Below are positions 1-13,690 of a stretch of 64,000 nucleotides of DNA, one piece after another. Source of the stretch: Macrostomum hystrix (Eukaryota > Animalia > Platyhelminthes); contig CATNEN010000039.1 in NCBI GenBank assembly GCA_950097015.1, positions 3,968,001-4,032,000 of the forward strand. Reading direction: 5' to 3'. How positions within the stretch are numbered: position 1 is the stretch's first letter; every line of letters starts with the position of its first letter. The translations under genes were made by a program, and so were the position numbers. Below the pieces are notes generated by a model. It did not search any database and was not told the origin of the DNA. It worked only from the letters and a program-made list of their open reading frames with translations.

Positions 1-72
1 AGTGGGGTGGGTGTTTGGGTCAATAAATGGAATACAAATGGAGGTCACAGGTGTCAATGACATATCACTCAC

Positions 73-2130
73 ATATCCATAACGATAATAGGCGACAAGG
101 TAAACATGCTCCTAGTGTTGCGGACAGCCTTGACAAGTTCGATTAGGCAGATAGATTCGCCGAAGGTCTCAGGCCACCGCTTTAGAGTCCATACTGAGGT
201 GAGCACGCTGTAGTCGTCCTTGCTGCTGGCCAGAAGGAATTCTCGGCACTCACCAAAAGAATATTCTTCGCGCGATCTAATTTTTTAAGAAATAGAATAA
301 ATGATCAGGAATAATAAATCCTTAGGTACAAATTAGCTGCTAAAGTTAGAGTAATTGGCGGCATCTCTAACCTCTAATTGTCAAAATCACACAATCAAAG
401 ATAATTTAGGTCGCGTTTGAAAAAATGTGAAACCTTAATTTCACCCTGACTTGAGCACACCCTAATTCTCCTCCTGACTTGAGCACACCATAATTCTCCT
501 CCTGAATTGAGCACACCATAATTCTCCTCCTGAATTGAGCACATCCTAATTCTCCTCCTGACTTGAGCACACCATAATTCTCCTCCTGAATAGAGCACAC
601 CATAATTCTCCTCCTGAATTGAGCACACCCTAATTCTCCTCCTGAATTGAGCACACCCTAATTCTCCTCCTGAATAGAGCACACCCTAATTCTCCTACTG
701 ACTTGAGCACACCATAATTCTCCTCCTGAATTGAGCACACCATAATTCTCCTCCTGAATTGAGCACATCCTAATTCTCCTCCTGACTTGAGCACACCATA
801 ATTCTCCTCCTGAATTGAGCACACCATAACTCTCCTCCTGAATTGAGCACACCATAATTCTCCTCCTGAATTGAGCACACCATAATTCTCCTCCTGACTT
901 GAGCACACCATAACTCTCCTCCTGAATTGAGCACACCATAATTCTCGTCCTGAATTGAGCACACCCTAATTCTCCTCCTGAATTGAGCACACCATAATTC
1001 TCCTCCTGAATTGAGCACACCCTAAATCTCCCCCTAAATTGATCACACCATAAATCTCCCTGATTTGAGCACACCCTAAATCTCCCTGACTTGAGCACAC
1101 CCTAATTCTACTACTGACTATAACACACCCAAAATCTCATAATGACTTGAGCACACTTTAGTTCTTATCCTGACCCAAGCAAACTCTTGACTTCACTCTT
1201 ACTTGAATTTAAATGAACAAGTCAAATTTCACCAGTGACTTAAAATGAACCATAATGTTTCATCTGATAATAAAGGTCACTAATTCTCACCTGAACCAGA
1301 CTTGCAGATAGCCGGCAGTTAGCGCCTCCGACTCATTTTTAGGCCAAATATCCGGCAAATTTCTGCTTTCGCTGTCCTGCTGCTGCTCAGCCGCGGAGCC
1401 AGTCGCAGTCGCGTCGCCTCCCTCGCCTCCCTCTGAGTAAAGGTTGGGATGCACGCAGACAACGCAAACGCAGTTCTGATCCCAGATCATTTTGTAAAAA
1501 TCGAACAGAGTGTCGCGCATAGGCAGTTGGGTGATAATGAACTCGTTGACAGACTGGTAGCCCTGCGTATAATGAGTGGTTAATTAGGTCATTAGCTGCC
1601 TAGACTCCGATGCACTGTTAGAATAGTCAAGACAAAACATTCAGCTTAGCATACGTGAACGTGCGACGCGTTGATGTAGTCAGATCCTTCGACGCCCGGC
1701 TCGCTCGTCAGCTTTACTCGACGAGACTCGACTGAATATGGGAGGGCGGACAGGCAGATAGAAAGGGAGGCGGACGGGAAGGCATGTAGATGGGCAGATG
1801 GACAGGCAGGCAGACAGCTAATACAAACTAACAGACAGGAATGAAAGACAGCCTTGACAGCCAATGCAGACAGACAGAAATACAGACAGACAGCCTTAAC
1901 AGTCAATACAGACAGGAATACAGACAGACAGAGCCAAGACAATTGACTAAAAAGGGGGGCAGAAAAAATGGACAGCAAATACAGACAGACAGCCATGACA
2001 GACAGACAGGCGGGCAGGCAGGCAGACAGACATGACAGACAGCCCTGACAGACAGACAGACAGTCAGACAGACAGGCAGAAAGGCAGACAGCCCTGACAG
2101 ACAGACAGACAGACAGTCAGACAGACAGGC

Positions 2131-2175
<45 letters not shown>

Positions 2176-5100
2176 GGCAAACAGACAGGCAGACAGACAG
2201 GCAGACAGGCAGGCAGGCAGGCAGGCAGGCAAACACACAGACAGGCAGACAGGCAGACAGACAGACAGGCAGACAGGCAGGCAGGCAGGCAGGCAGGCAG
2301 ACAGGCAGACAGACAGACAGGCAGGCAGACAGGCAGACAGACAGACAGGCAGGCAGACAGGCAGACAGACAGACAGGCAGACAGACAGACAGGCGGACAG
2401 ACTCACTTGGATAGACGTCGGCCCTATTTTTGGTAAAGTTGCAGGGCTTCAGAGCGGACGCCAGCTCATAGTCAGCGGGCTGGTGAGCAACACAGAGCTG
2501 AAGAGATCAAACAGTTTCAATATTTAGCACAGGAGAGTTCAAAAGATAAATGAAGCCCTAGCTACTAGTTGTCATGCCCATTCTCACCTGGTACTGAGTT
2601 TCCAGCCCAGTGCAGCCGCAGGGCTCAGTCTCCTCCATGAGGTTGCTGAAATAATCCGGCAGCCTCTCCATGGAGATCTCGCGCTCGGGGCACAGCAGGA
2701 ACTCCAGCAGCACGTCGTGAATGAAGATGTACTGCTCCTCCGTCTGCACTAGGCGCATTCTTTGCTGGCGAATGTGCTCCAGAAAGCCGCGCACATTGAC
2801 GGTCTTCTCACACAGGATCTGGCGAATCTGAGACTCGATGCAGATGAAAGTGCCAGTGCGGCCGACACCGGCGCTGCGATGGGTGCGGTGGTGATTGATT
2901 GATTGATTGATGTATTGATTGATTATCGGGTTATCGATAGGATGCTTTGGACTTCTAACTTGTCAGTCCGAAGGAGACAATTAGTTTAATTATAAAATAC
3001 ACTTTAATTAAATTCTTTTCGAAACTAAGAATTTGGAACTACGAGCACCACTGCGGCTGTGTACATCTGGCCAAATACTGCTTAAGGTGTCGTTTCTACT
3101 CTTAATTTACTATGGACCCAGTTTGGTAATTTATCGATTGATTGATTGATATCTTGAATCAAAATTGATTGATATGTTTGACACAGTATTGATTGATATG
3201 TTTGACGCAGTATTGATTGATATTTTTGACACAGTATATTGATTGATTGATATGTTTGACACAGTATTGATTGATATGTTTGACACAGTATTGATTGATA
3301 TGTTTGACACAGTATTGATTGATGGATATGCTTGACACAGTATTGATTGATTGATATGTTTGACACAGTATTGATTGATTGATATGTTTGACTCAGTATT
3401 GGCTGGCATGTTTGACTTGGTATTGGACTTAAGTGTTGACAATCATGGATAATTTTTTATAAAAAGAGCGAAAAAGGTAACTAAATCAATCAGTGCTTTT
3501 TTGCTTTAATACATATTTTTCTGGCCTACGAGCAACGAAGCCACATTTTCTATAAAAAATATTTCATTTATTGACCATAGATTGACTGACATTGATTGAC
3601 AAGTTTACAAGTTGACAATTCTGAATTAATTTTATAAACAGGCGATTAAAGCTATTTAATTGTGATATTTTATTACCTGCAGTGCACCACCACCGGGCCA
3701 GACTGTTCCCCGCCGCAGAAGGCTGCAGTTCTCTGCACGAAGTTCAGCACTGGCAGCGGATAGGCCGGCACGCCGTAGTCGGGCCACTCCGAATAGTGAA
3801 AGTGATACAGCTGGCGCTCTTTGGCCAGCTTCTTGGCGCGCAGATTGCGTATCGAGAACTCGCGCATGCAGTAGGCAGCCTTGCTGAGATAGCGGACCAG
3901 CTTAACTGAGATGGCGCCGTACACTTCACTGCCGTTGGATGGCCAGTACTGATCACACTTGCGCTGCGGAGAGGCGGGTCATGGGGAAGCCACCCTGAGC
4001 TGCCATCTACCACACCCTGCATCTGTCATCTACCACACCCTGCATCTGCCATCTACCACACCCTGCATCTGCCATCTACCACACCCTGCATCTGCCATCT
4101 ACCACACCCTGCATCTGCCACACCCTGCATCTGTCATCTACCACACCCTGCATCTGTCATCTACCACACCCTGCATCTGCCATCTACCACACCCTGCATC
4201 TGTCATCTACCACACCCTGCATCTGCCATCTACCACACCCTGCATCTGCCACACCCTGCATCTGTCATCTACCACACCCTGCATCTGTCATCTACCACAC
4301 CCTGCATCTGCCATCTACCACACCCTGCATCTGCCATCTACCACACCCTGCATCTGCCATCTACCACACCCTGCATCTGCCATCTACCACACCCTGCATC
4401 TGTCATCTACCACACCCTGCATCTGCCATCTACCACACCCTGCATCTGCCATCTACCACACCCTGCATCTGTCATCTACCACACCCTGCATCTGCCACAC
4501 CCTGCATCTGTCATCTACCACACCCTGCATCTGTCATCTACCACACCCTGCATCTGTCATCTACCACACCCTGCATCTGTCATCTACCACACCCTGCATC
4601 TGCCATCTACCACACCCTGCATCTGCCATCTACCACACCCTGCATCTGCCATCTACCACACCCTGCATCTGCCATCTACCACACCCTGCATCTGCCACAC
4701 CCTGCATCTGTCATCTACCACACCCTGCATCTGCCACACCCTGCATCTGTCATCTACCACACCCTGCATCTGTCATCTACCACACCCTGCATCTGCCACA
4801 CCTACCACACCCTGCATCTGCCATCTACCACACCCTGCATCTGCCACACCTACCACACCCTGCATCTGCCACACCTACCACACCCTGCATCTGCCACACC
4901 TACCACACCCTGCATCTGCCACACCCTGCATCTGTCATCTACCACACCCTGCATCTGCCATCTGCCACACCCTGCATCTGTCATCTACCACACCCTGCAT
5001 CTGCCATCTACCACACCCTGCATCTGTCATCTACCACACCCTGCATCTGCCATCTACCACACCCTGCATCTGCCACACCTACCACACCCTGCATCTGCCA

Positions 5101-8100
5101 CACCTACCACACCCTGCATCTGCCACACAGCTACCACACCCTGCATCTGCCACACCTACCACACCCTGCATCCGCCATCTACCACACCCTGCACCTAAGC
5201 AGAGCTACTTACTCGTCCGCGCTCCACAAAGTTGGATATCATGACAATGGCTGTGCACCGATTCTCCCACACCATTAGCCAGAAGTCGTCGAATGTGGAT
5301 GGCACGGGACCCTGGCAGGCGATGTAAGCCTTGTCGCGACGGTAGCCCTATAAAGAAGGCGGGAAATAATTTCCTTAGCTTACAATCTCACAGAGGTGCA
5401 CATTCACAAACTATCTGAATAAATCGCAACTTACATCCACATAGTTTGCGTTGATGTAGTCGCCCATCTTCTTGCCAGAGTTAGTGAGTAGTACAACGCG
5501 GCTGTGATCATCTAAATTTGTTTATTATGAAAAAAATTCGATTAAATTTGATTTAAACACCAGTGAGAATGGGATAAAGGTAAGAGGATCTGCATCCATG
5601 ACAGTGACAGTGAGTATCGGATTTGAGGTCTATAAGAATGGGAATTTAATCTGAGAATATCTAAGAATGGGAATTTACTCTGAGGAACTCTAAGAATGGA
5701 AATTTAATCTGAGGATCTCTAAAAATGGGAATTTAATCTGAGGAACTCTAAGAATGGGAATTTAATCTGAGGATTTCTAAGAGTCGGCATTTAATTTGAA
5801 GATCTAAGATAATGGGAGTTTAATCTGAGGATCTATAAGAGTGGGAAACTTTATGAAAATGATGTTATAAAGATAGAAATTTGTCGAGAATGGTACTATG
5901 AGAATGAAAGTTTAAATTGACGACCTATGAGAATAGGAATTCAATAAGGAATCTACGAGTACTTGTATCAATAAAAATTTGACATTTATTTTAGGATCTA
6001 GCAGAATTTATGATCGATTAGGGAAGTCTAGAAGGTGTTAGTTAGCAGATTGATTTGAAGCTCACAGGGACAAATGTCGGTGTATCGATTTTTGGTGAGA
6101 TTATCCGGATGCTTGGCGTGCAAAACTGGCCAGTCTTTGTGCGTGAGTCGCTGGATCTCTTCAAACTCCAGCTGGAAGGCCGAGTTGTCGTTGGCGTGGC
6201 TGGCGATGACGTGGTCGCGAAATTCGGTGACGGACATTGCGGGGTGTTCAGTCTGTGAGTAGCGCCTCAACAGTGGGCGAGCGCTGCCGGCGCTGTGACT
6301 GCTGTGCGCCTGCTCATGGTCGGCCGCTGGAGAAATCGGGGGTGGCAGTGGAACTAGGACTTGACAAACGGCACACCAAAGCATGTTAGATAGATCGAAT
6401 AACAGCTGCCTAGTTAGTCCAGGCATCTCTTGCGCTTCGCTTCAAAAGGCTGTGTACAGCTTTTCAGTCCGTGGACTGGACAGGCCGCCACACAATAAAT
6501 GTTCTACCCCACCAACTAACCACATGACAATGTGATTAGTGAATAATAATTGAGAATGTGATTGATGTCGTAATGTCATCATCATGATAATTAAATTAAA
6601 AACACGATAATCCAATGAAGAGACGATAATCCCATCAAGAGCATGATAATGGCAGGAAGGACATGATAATCCCACAAAAGAAAATGATATTCCTACGAAA
6701 AGACGATAATCCCATCATGAACATGAAAATCTCACGAAGCAAACGATAATCCAACGAAAAAACACATAATCCCACAGTAAAAAAGGTAACAGTCCCCAGT
6801 CACTTACTGAGGCACTCAAAAGTTTCCAAGCCCTGACTGAACGGCCGCTGATAGCCGCGGCGCCGGGCGCACAGCCAGCGCCAGCCAAGCGACAGTAGCA
6901 GCACCAAAATGCCTCCGCCGATCAAGGCACTCAAGGATATGCCGATCTCGGTCATCACGCGCGATATTCTGATGCCATTCGACGAATTGCCAGCATTGTC
7001 AGGCCTGCCGTTGGCGCCTTCTGAGCCTGGCCGAAGAGACCCACCGGGCGAGGACCGGCTGCGCGCGTCCCCGCCGCCACCGCCTACGCCGTCGTTATAG
7101 ACATCGTCGATAAGACCGCCGGTTCTCAGCAGATCAGCCGGGAGTGTCAGATCTGAGGGCTCCGACAGGTTGCCGAAGTACTTGCGCGCCTCAGTGTCAT
7201 AATTGGACTTGCCGAATGGTTGAATCCAGACGCGAATCAGCGGGCCGGTGCCGCTGGCGCCTGCCAAACTGACCGCCTCTGCGGTTGACGGACTGCGGCT
7301 GATGATCACGGACCAAGGCACCAGCAGCTGGCGATAAGACATCATTGGAGGATTTCTACGGTTAATTTTGGTCACTAATCGACAACACCTGTGTGTGGCT
7401 TCCAATTTTGCATTGGAACTGTGCTTCTGAGCTGCCAAGAAATGTACCCGAGGTCCCTGAGCTCGATTCCGCGGCGAGGCCACATTCATTAATTTTGGCG
7501 TAGCCGCAAAGAGAGGGCTCGGAGGCTTTTCGTGAAATTTACACCCTTCAGGGCGAACCTCTAAGGCATGGTGAGAGTGTGCACTGCTTGACAATGAGAA
7601 AGTCAGGGCAGATGTACACTGAGCGAGACCACATTCATTTGTGAGGGTGCAGCCGCGTCCCGCAGAAGGCTGGGGCACAGTGACACCGCACACTGCCTGA
7701 CGAAAAAAAACTCGGGCTAGTTGCGAACTCACGCATATCCTGCTATTCGCCGGCTGACACGGGGTCTCCAGGGGTTCTAAACAGTCGCAGGCGGATAGTT
7801 GATCAGCATTGCGCGGCGAATCCCAATAAGCCCTTGCGTCAATGGGATTAGACAGAACCTCCCAGTGCAAGCGGTAACTCAGCAGAAACAATGGGTATTG
7901 TTTATCGCTGCCATCGAGACTAATAACTGGCTGGTTGTCCCAGGACAACAGGAGGCCTCGCCTGCCAGCTGGCACAGCGCTGAGGTTGTTTGGCGTCGTT
8001 GGCGCTCCGGGATCCGTCAGTACAGGAATTGAGGTGGAATTCTTGCCGACACCGGCGCCTGTAACAGCGGCGGCTCTCAGGGTGTAGCTGGTGTACGGCC

Positions 8101-11100
8101 TCAGGCCGGTCACAACCAGACTAGCCGAGCTGGCACTGTAACTGCGCACTGATAGAGATGACCGGTCGCTCTGCAGGGAGACAAATATGCGATAGCCCGT
8201 TAGGCGACCGTTGGCCCGTCCGTCCAGTTGACACCGAACGGTTACGTTGCGATCATAGATTGACATTTGAACCACCAGCAGATTGGGCGGCGGCGCGACT
8301 GGGCAGCGGAGAAAAAAAATTAAAGGCGAAAATATATAGGTTATATTTATTAGGAGAAAGTGAGAGTAGATGGGGAGACAGTGAGAGTAGATTGTGGAGA
8401 CTGTGAGGGTAGATTGGGGAGACAGTGAGGGTAGATTGTGGAGACTGTGAGGGTAGATTGTGGAGACTGTGAGGGTAGATTGGGGAGACAGTGAGGGTAG
8501 ATTGTGGAGACTGTGAGGGTACGGAATAATTGGGAAGTGAATAAAATATTCTCAAGGTTAAATAAATGTGACATTCAAAGTGCAGGGCTACTCACATCCC
8601 TCGGCAGTTTCAAATGTGAGTGTGCTAGTCAAGCTACCAGAGACGCTGTTAAACACCTGGTATTCCAGCCTATAGTAACTGAAAGGCTGAAGGCCTTCAA
8701 CCGTCCGGTTCTGTGGGATTTATTAGATGGGCGATTTGAATCGAATGAATCACTGGGAATAATACCATCCCGAGTTAGTGAAGGCTGGCTCACAATAGTT
8801 TTAACGCCATCGAACTCATTGGCTAGAATGTTGAGCTGAGGAGGTTGAAGCTGAATATTATAGAGCGGCCGATGCCTGGGCGATTCCAGGTGCGAAAGCA
8901 GCTGGAAGGTCAGCTCAGCCAGCCTAAATCGGCCAGCCAGTAGACTTTCATTTAATGACAAGCGCAGCAGGGCCGCAGTGTCGTTGGAGCTGATTAGTTC
9001 TACCTTGAGACTGTCGATATTGGGCTTGCCTTCATCAGTTGTGGTGCAGACCTCGGCGCTGGCAGGACTGCGACCGGCCTCATTAACCGCAGTCGCCGAC
9101 AAACAATAGCCGGTGTAAGCTTGAAGGTTAGTGATGTCGAAGGTGGTGGAGCCGGTAGGAGCAGTTTTGGCGCTGACATTGATCCGTAGGCCAGGTCCTG
9201 CTAATTCGTAGCGCAGTATTGGCAGGTTTCCAAGGCTGACGGGCGGCTGCCAAACGACTCGCAGAGACGCTGGGCCGGCTGCAGACAGTCTGAGACCCAG
9301 TGGAGCCGACGGCTTGTCTGCGAGTTTTGGATTGATGCGGCTACTAAGCTTTTCTGTATAACTGTGCCCCACGCCTGACTGCATTTTATGGATGTGCCTG
9401 CCAGCTGTACGTTCGGCTGAGTGTTGGCTGTTTGTTATGAATGTGTCTGTCTATTATGGTCTGTCTTTTATAGATTTGTCTGTCTATTATGGATGTGTTT
9501 GTCTATTGTGGTCTAATTGACTGCCTGTTCTAAGTATCACACAGCCCTAAACAACGCAGCCTGACCTTCAACAAGCAGTCTAGTGAAGCCGGTGTACAGT
9601 TGATTGTCGGCATAGACTCGGCAGCTGTACCAGCCCTGCAGCCCAGGCTTCACAAGCCGAATGCTCAGTCCAAGCCACGGCTTGTCAGTGGAAGCCAATT
9701 TAATGCCCAGCCGGTCAGACATGAGGGCGCAGTTTTTATCGCCGTTACCGTCTCTAGTCCGCAGGTAAACGTGGCATGTGCCGCCATTGGTGACACTTGC
9801 CTTTATGGAACCACTACTGTTATCCTCTTCCAATGCTACTTCCCAAACAACAAATGTGATCTTTTCGGACTGTACTAGGGAAGAAGCTGCGCAGGTGACG
9901 GTGTGATTGGACACGTCAGATCGAATTCGCTCACTGCCGGTGACATTTTTCACTAGCGTTGCATTGACCTGCAGACTTTGGAAGTCCAGATTGCCAACAG
10001 AGGCTAGCACCAGGCAGACGGCAAGCAGCAGATTGCACTGGTTTAATTTGATATATTTGATTAGTTTCAATATTTAGCAACTGTTGTCAATTTAGCCGCT
10101 AAAACGTTTTCTTATAGTCTGATGACAAATAGTGACAAATCCCTGTTCTAGCAGTCCTTCAGAGAAGTTTCTACTTTTTAGTAGGCTGCAGTCATTTTAG
10201 ATTTACCTATTTTTTAGTAAAAAAGTATACAATCATCAACTTTACAATTAAGCAGTTCAATGTTTCATCTGAAGCAGGGGATGAGTGGCAGAGAAGTTTA
10301 ACATGTTTGCCTCTCACACCAAGGTCCCTGAGCTGGATTCTGCAGCAAGGCCACATTCATTTGACGCGCTGCTGTGGAGAGAAGGCTTGTGGCTTGTCAT
10401 GTGATTTATGCCCCTGAGGGCTAAGCTCCAAGGCACAGTGAAAGTGTACACTGCCAGAAGATGAGAAAATCAGGGCCGATGTACACATGTGTGAGTATGT
10501 GTCTGCATACAGTATTTGTGTGCATATGTGCTCAGGAGTTGGCTGAATAGGCAGAATTGCCTCTTTGCTGCCTGCAGGTCTAGTGTCATCAAATGATATG
10601 CCATTATTTGCTTGCATTACTTGCAGCCTCCTTCAATTATTTTCATTATTATTCTGAAGCTGTTATTGTTAAAACTATTTGTTTTTTTAGCTTTCGAAAA
10701 TGAGATCATCAAGGGATTTACAGTGATTACAGAATGACTTCTATTATATATGGGATTCACATTAGCACCTTCAAGCAGAGGGACATTTATTAGTTAGCTT
10801 ATTTATCGCATAATTAAATTAACTAATTTAATTAAAATATATAAGATACAGATACAAGAACATAATAGTACTTGACATTTAATAAATAAAAGAATGTAAA
10901 GAAAATAATTTTAGAAAACAATAACAATAAGTAGAATTGTTAATATATTCTAGATAACAAACCATACATGTGCAACCTCCCAAATCTTAGCCGGCCGTGC
11001 GACTTAGTTTTTGCTCTCATTTGCGACTTAGTTTGTTTCATTGCTCTATTTACGTCTTAGTTTGCTCTCTTTTTCTCTCACCTTTTTCCTTTTCTTCACA

Positions 11101-11796
11101 CCTTCCTTTTTTGTCCCTTGGTCCCCCCTTTGATTTTTTTGCGCTTGGTCAATTGGTTTTTGCGACTTACCTTGCTTGGCCCTAGTTTCACCCAGCCGGG
11201 TTGGCCGGGTGTTGCGCATGTATGTAACAAACCCTAGAAAGCGTACTTATTCCAACCCAAAAACAAACAGCATAATATATTGTCAACCATATATTTATCG
11301 AATAACAATCATAGCTCTGGGCAACTGCCATATTGGCAGCTAACTAAATATGTCAACATTTGTATATAGCATGCTTGTAGTAGTAGTACATTGTGCTACT
11401 TTTTCTGCAAAAAGATATTTAGGCATTTGTTAACAAAAGCAAGACAATATATACAAGCAAAAAACTATATATGCACATTTATATAATCTAAATTTTTTTG
11501 TTATCTGAGTACAATTATTAGTCTTGATTGTACTTGATACATGTTACATATACAATGTTGTTGCCTATTCTAGCAAGCTGCTAAGTAAACTAGGTCACTA
11601 GGTATGCATTATTGGCATAGATCCATTATCCATCAATTGATGTAGATAAAGTCAGCAGTATTTGCATGGGACCAGGCTGATGAGCATGGAAAATTCTTGT
11701 ATAGGTCTTATAGGCCCTATACAAAACAGCATTTCTTAAAAAACAATATTCAATAAAAAGATTGCTTACCAGGATTAAACACAAGCAACTCTTCAT
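73..11796 (-). CDS. Receptor-type protein tyrosine phosphatase, Ptp99A/PTPRG-PTPRZ (R5)-like: signal peptide, Ig-like domain, FN3 repeats, TM, active D1 and pseudo-phosphatase D2; 3' end lies beyond the window start
   Basis: Phase-consistent GT-AG exons (minus): 11770-11796, 9566-10037, 8794-9317, 8596-8710, 7733-8298, 6808-7327, 6066-6326, 5435-5511, 5213-5347, 3677-3963, 2588-2873, 2407-2497, 1655-1731, 1291-1562, 73-276. Signal [21 protein letters not shown]; Ig GWYSC; FN3 motifs [24 protein letters not shown]; [22 protein letters not shown]; D1 [50 protein letters not shown]; D2 SDYINAS..FIITQLP..PIIVMD. The first exon and the 7328-7732 intron are the least certain. Confidence 0.92.
441..1135. 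repeat. Intronic minisatellite, 28-bp unit (ATTCTCCTCCTGAATTGAGCACACCATA)
   Basis: About 24 tandem copies with degenerate flanking units, in PTP intron 277-1290. Confidence 0.95.
1745..2400. repeat. (GACA/GGCA)n compound microsatellite filling a PTP intron
   Basis: GACA/GGCA runs up to the donor site at 2405-2406. Confidence 0.95.
3135..3420. repeat. Intronic minisatellite, about 24-28 bp (TTGATTGATATGTTTGACACAGTA)
   Basis: About 10 tandem copies. Confidence 0.9.
3990..5195. repeat. Intronic minisatellite, 23-bp unit (CATCTACCACACCCTGCATCTGC/T)
   Basis: About 50 copies, some shortened; fills nearly the whole intron 3964-5212. Confidence 0.95.
5630..5860. repeat. Degenerate intronic minisatellite, about 29 bp (CTAAGAATGGGAATTTAATCTGAGGATCT)
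   Basis: About 7 diverged copies. Confidence 0.8.
7450..7720 (+). mobile_element. tRNA-derived SINE, truncated copy with partial internal duplication, in a PTP intron
   Basis: AGGTCCCTGAGCTCGATTCCGCGGCGAGGCCACATTCATT..GGGCAGATGTACAC shared with copies at 10277, 22897, 32912 and 34416. Confidence 0.8.
8360..8520. repeat. Intronic minisatellite, 22-bp unit (GTGAGGGTAGATTGTGGAGACT)
   Basis: About 7 copies in intron 8299-8595. Confidence 0.9.
10277..10650 (+). mobile_element. tRNA-derived SINE copy
   Basis: Head GGGGATGAGTGGCAGAG..AAGGTCCCTGAGCTGGATTC, shared body, (TTA)n-like tail. Confidence 0.85.
10963..11224. mobile_element. MITE (262 bp) with an 8-bp TSD; P-element- or hAT-type non-autonomous DNA transposon
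   Basis: Left end CATACATGTGCAAC, right end GTTGCGCATGTATG (inverted, 1 mismatch); flanked by TAACAAAC at 10955-10962 and 11225-11232. Confidence 0.8.
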
Positions 11797-13484
11797 GTCT
11801 CTTTTATTGAGCTCTCTAGTATAATAAATTTATTTAACTTTTTCGACTTATTGCTTAACTATCAAGAAGTCAAAATAGTTGTGTCTAATCAGGGACAATT
11901 TCGTGACAATCTAGCAATTTTTGTTGACATGGCTAGCTACATGTCAAATTTTCTTTTTCCAATCATTGACCCTTAAGAGCTAGTAATATTAATATTCGAC
12001 AAGGATTGGGCCTAGAGATTTACATTATTGAACAAGTTTACTTGAACTTAAAACGTTTTTATTCCTGTTCTGAGCACAGTGTCACTTTAGAAAACATCTA
12101 GCACCAGACATATGCTTTCTTTACATAGGTTTTAGATTTTTTACTTTACATGCTTCATGTATGCTGATTATAAAAACGAACGCAAAATTATTACAAACAA
12201 ATTGTACGTAGACACGCAGTTATTTTCTCTAGCCTATATGATCCTATAGGCCTACAGTCTAGAATAGAATGGATCGGGTTCAGATTAGTAAATAAGTTTT
12301 TTAAAAAGTAAGATTTTTTTCGATGATATTGCCACAATAAATCAAATGCTTCTAAAAAGGCTATCGAATACTTTTAATTACAACTATAAAGAACCATGAT
12401 TAAGAATTTTTATAACACATTTCACTTGAATAATTTATTATTTTCTATCGAAATTTCTATGACTCATCTTACCACGAAAATTTTGAAACTTACCGTTATT
12501 AGTCTATAATATAACTTAAGGAGGCGTATATCATGTAAAAAATAGAAAATATAAACAATACGTTAATTAAGCATAAGTTAAAATTCAAATACCTGGTTTG
12601 ATTGCAAGTAATTCTGTCTGGTTATTTAGGACAGCAATTTAAACATTTTTAATAATGACCCCATAGACCCCCATTATTATTCACGTTATTTCAAATTTTC
12701 TCTATCCCCTTTTATCTCCTGCAATACTAATACTATTCATTAAAACGAATCGTTTCTTTTATTGTCTTTCGTATCAATTTTTAATGAATTTCTTTCGCTA
12801 AACTTTACAAACTATAAACTCGCGTTCTTGTTGGCATAACTGGCATTTTGCCAGAGCCAAACAATCTATACTACTGCATTGACCGGTAAATCGAGATTAT
12901 TATTGTATAATTATAATTCAAATATTATCGGAACGCCATGTTATCACAGAAGCTATGAAGCGATAGTATCCTATGACGAAGATTTGCAGTCCTGATTAAA
13001 AAACCAACAAGTTTAACGCATAGAAAAATCAGTGAAAGTTACTTCAGCAGCCAGGATATGCAGCATCCATTCTCCTAAAACTACATTTTTTATATCCATA
13101 CATTTGCATGAGGCTTGTTGACTTTCTGTCGATACTTAACTGCTCTGTATAAGCTCGCGCCTCTTTATGGGGTCAATAAGAAGAGGGTAGGGATTGTTAA
13201 ATTAGTCGCTAACGTCCTCTTCTCCTTGACTCGAATTGAAATCTGGAGAGAGCCCTCCTGCATGGGATTGGATCGGACGCAGATTTAGTCCATGGGCAGG
13301 TTAACGATGGCAAAAGGTAACTTAACAAGCTCTCTCGCTACTTCTGTGCAGCACATCATGTCGATTCCCTGCCCTTCTTCGGCCGCCGTGCCGAATTCGG
13401 CAATTAACTGTTAAAAAATTGATTCGATCAGGATACAACTATAGATGCTCGCATACCTGATTATTTTGGGGCTTGCAGCCAAAA

Positions 13485-13690
13485 GGGCGACGACTCATCA
13501 CTCGAAGGTCAGGGGTTCAATTATTGAAACAACAATTCTGTCCTCTAGAAAGACACTTAACTCTGTGTTGCTTTAGTTCACCTAGCTGTAAATGCTTGAA
13601 TGCCAGAATCACCTGAGTTAATTTAGGATTGGTGTGGCGTCTCCAAGTCCATGGACTAAACAGGGGCACGCAGCGTTCAGTTAAGCTGCG
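13485..13690 (+). mobile_element. Probable degenerate SINE of a second family
   Basis: B-box-like GGTCAGGGGTTCAATT followed by TGTCCTCTAGAAAGACACTTAAC..CACCTAGCTGTAAATG, resembling conserved central domains of metazoan SINEs; single copy in the window. Confidence 0.4.

Noticed and set aside
395-2406. ORFs SGGELWCAQ.. and CLSVCLPA..
   Set aside because: Minisatellite and GACA/GGCA microsatellite translations. The same applies to 14027, 19075-22223 minus, 23438-24104, 26131, 54422 and 57304.
3959-5278. 439-aa + strand ORF ([12 protein letters not shown]..)
   Set aside because: It is a translation of the 23-bp intronic minisatellite cycling through three frames, antisense to the PTP gene.
8629-8793. 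Apparent frameshift or premature stop in the PTP FN3 region
   Set aside because: Explained by an 83-nt GT-AG intron (8711-8793) that restores the FN3 frame.
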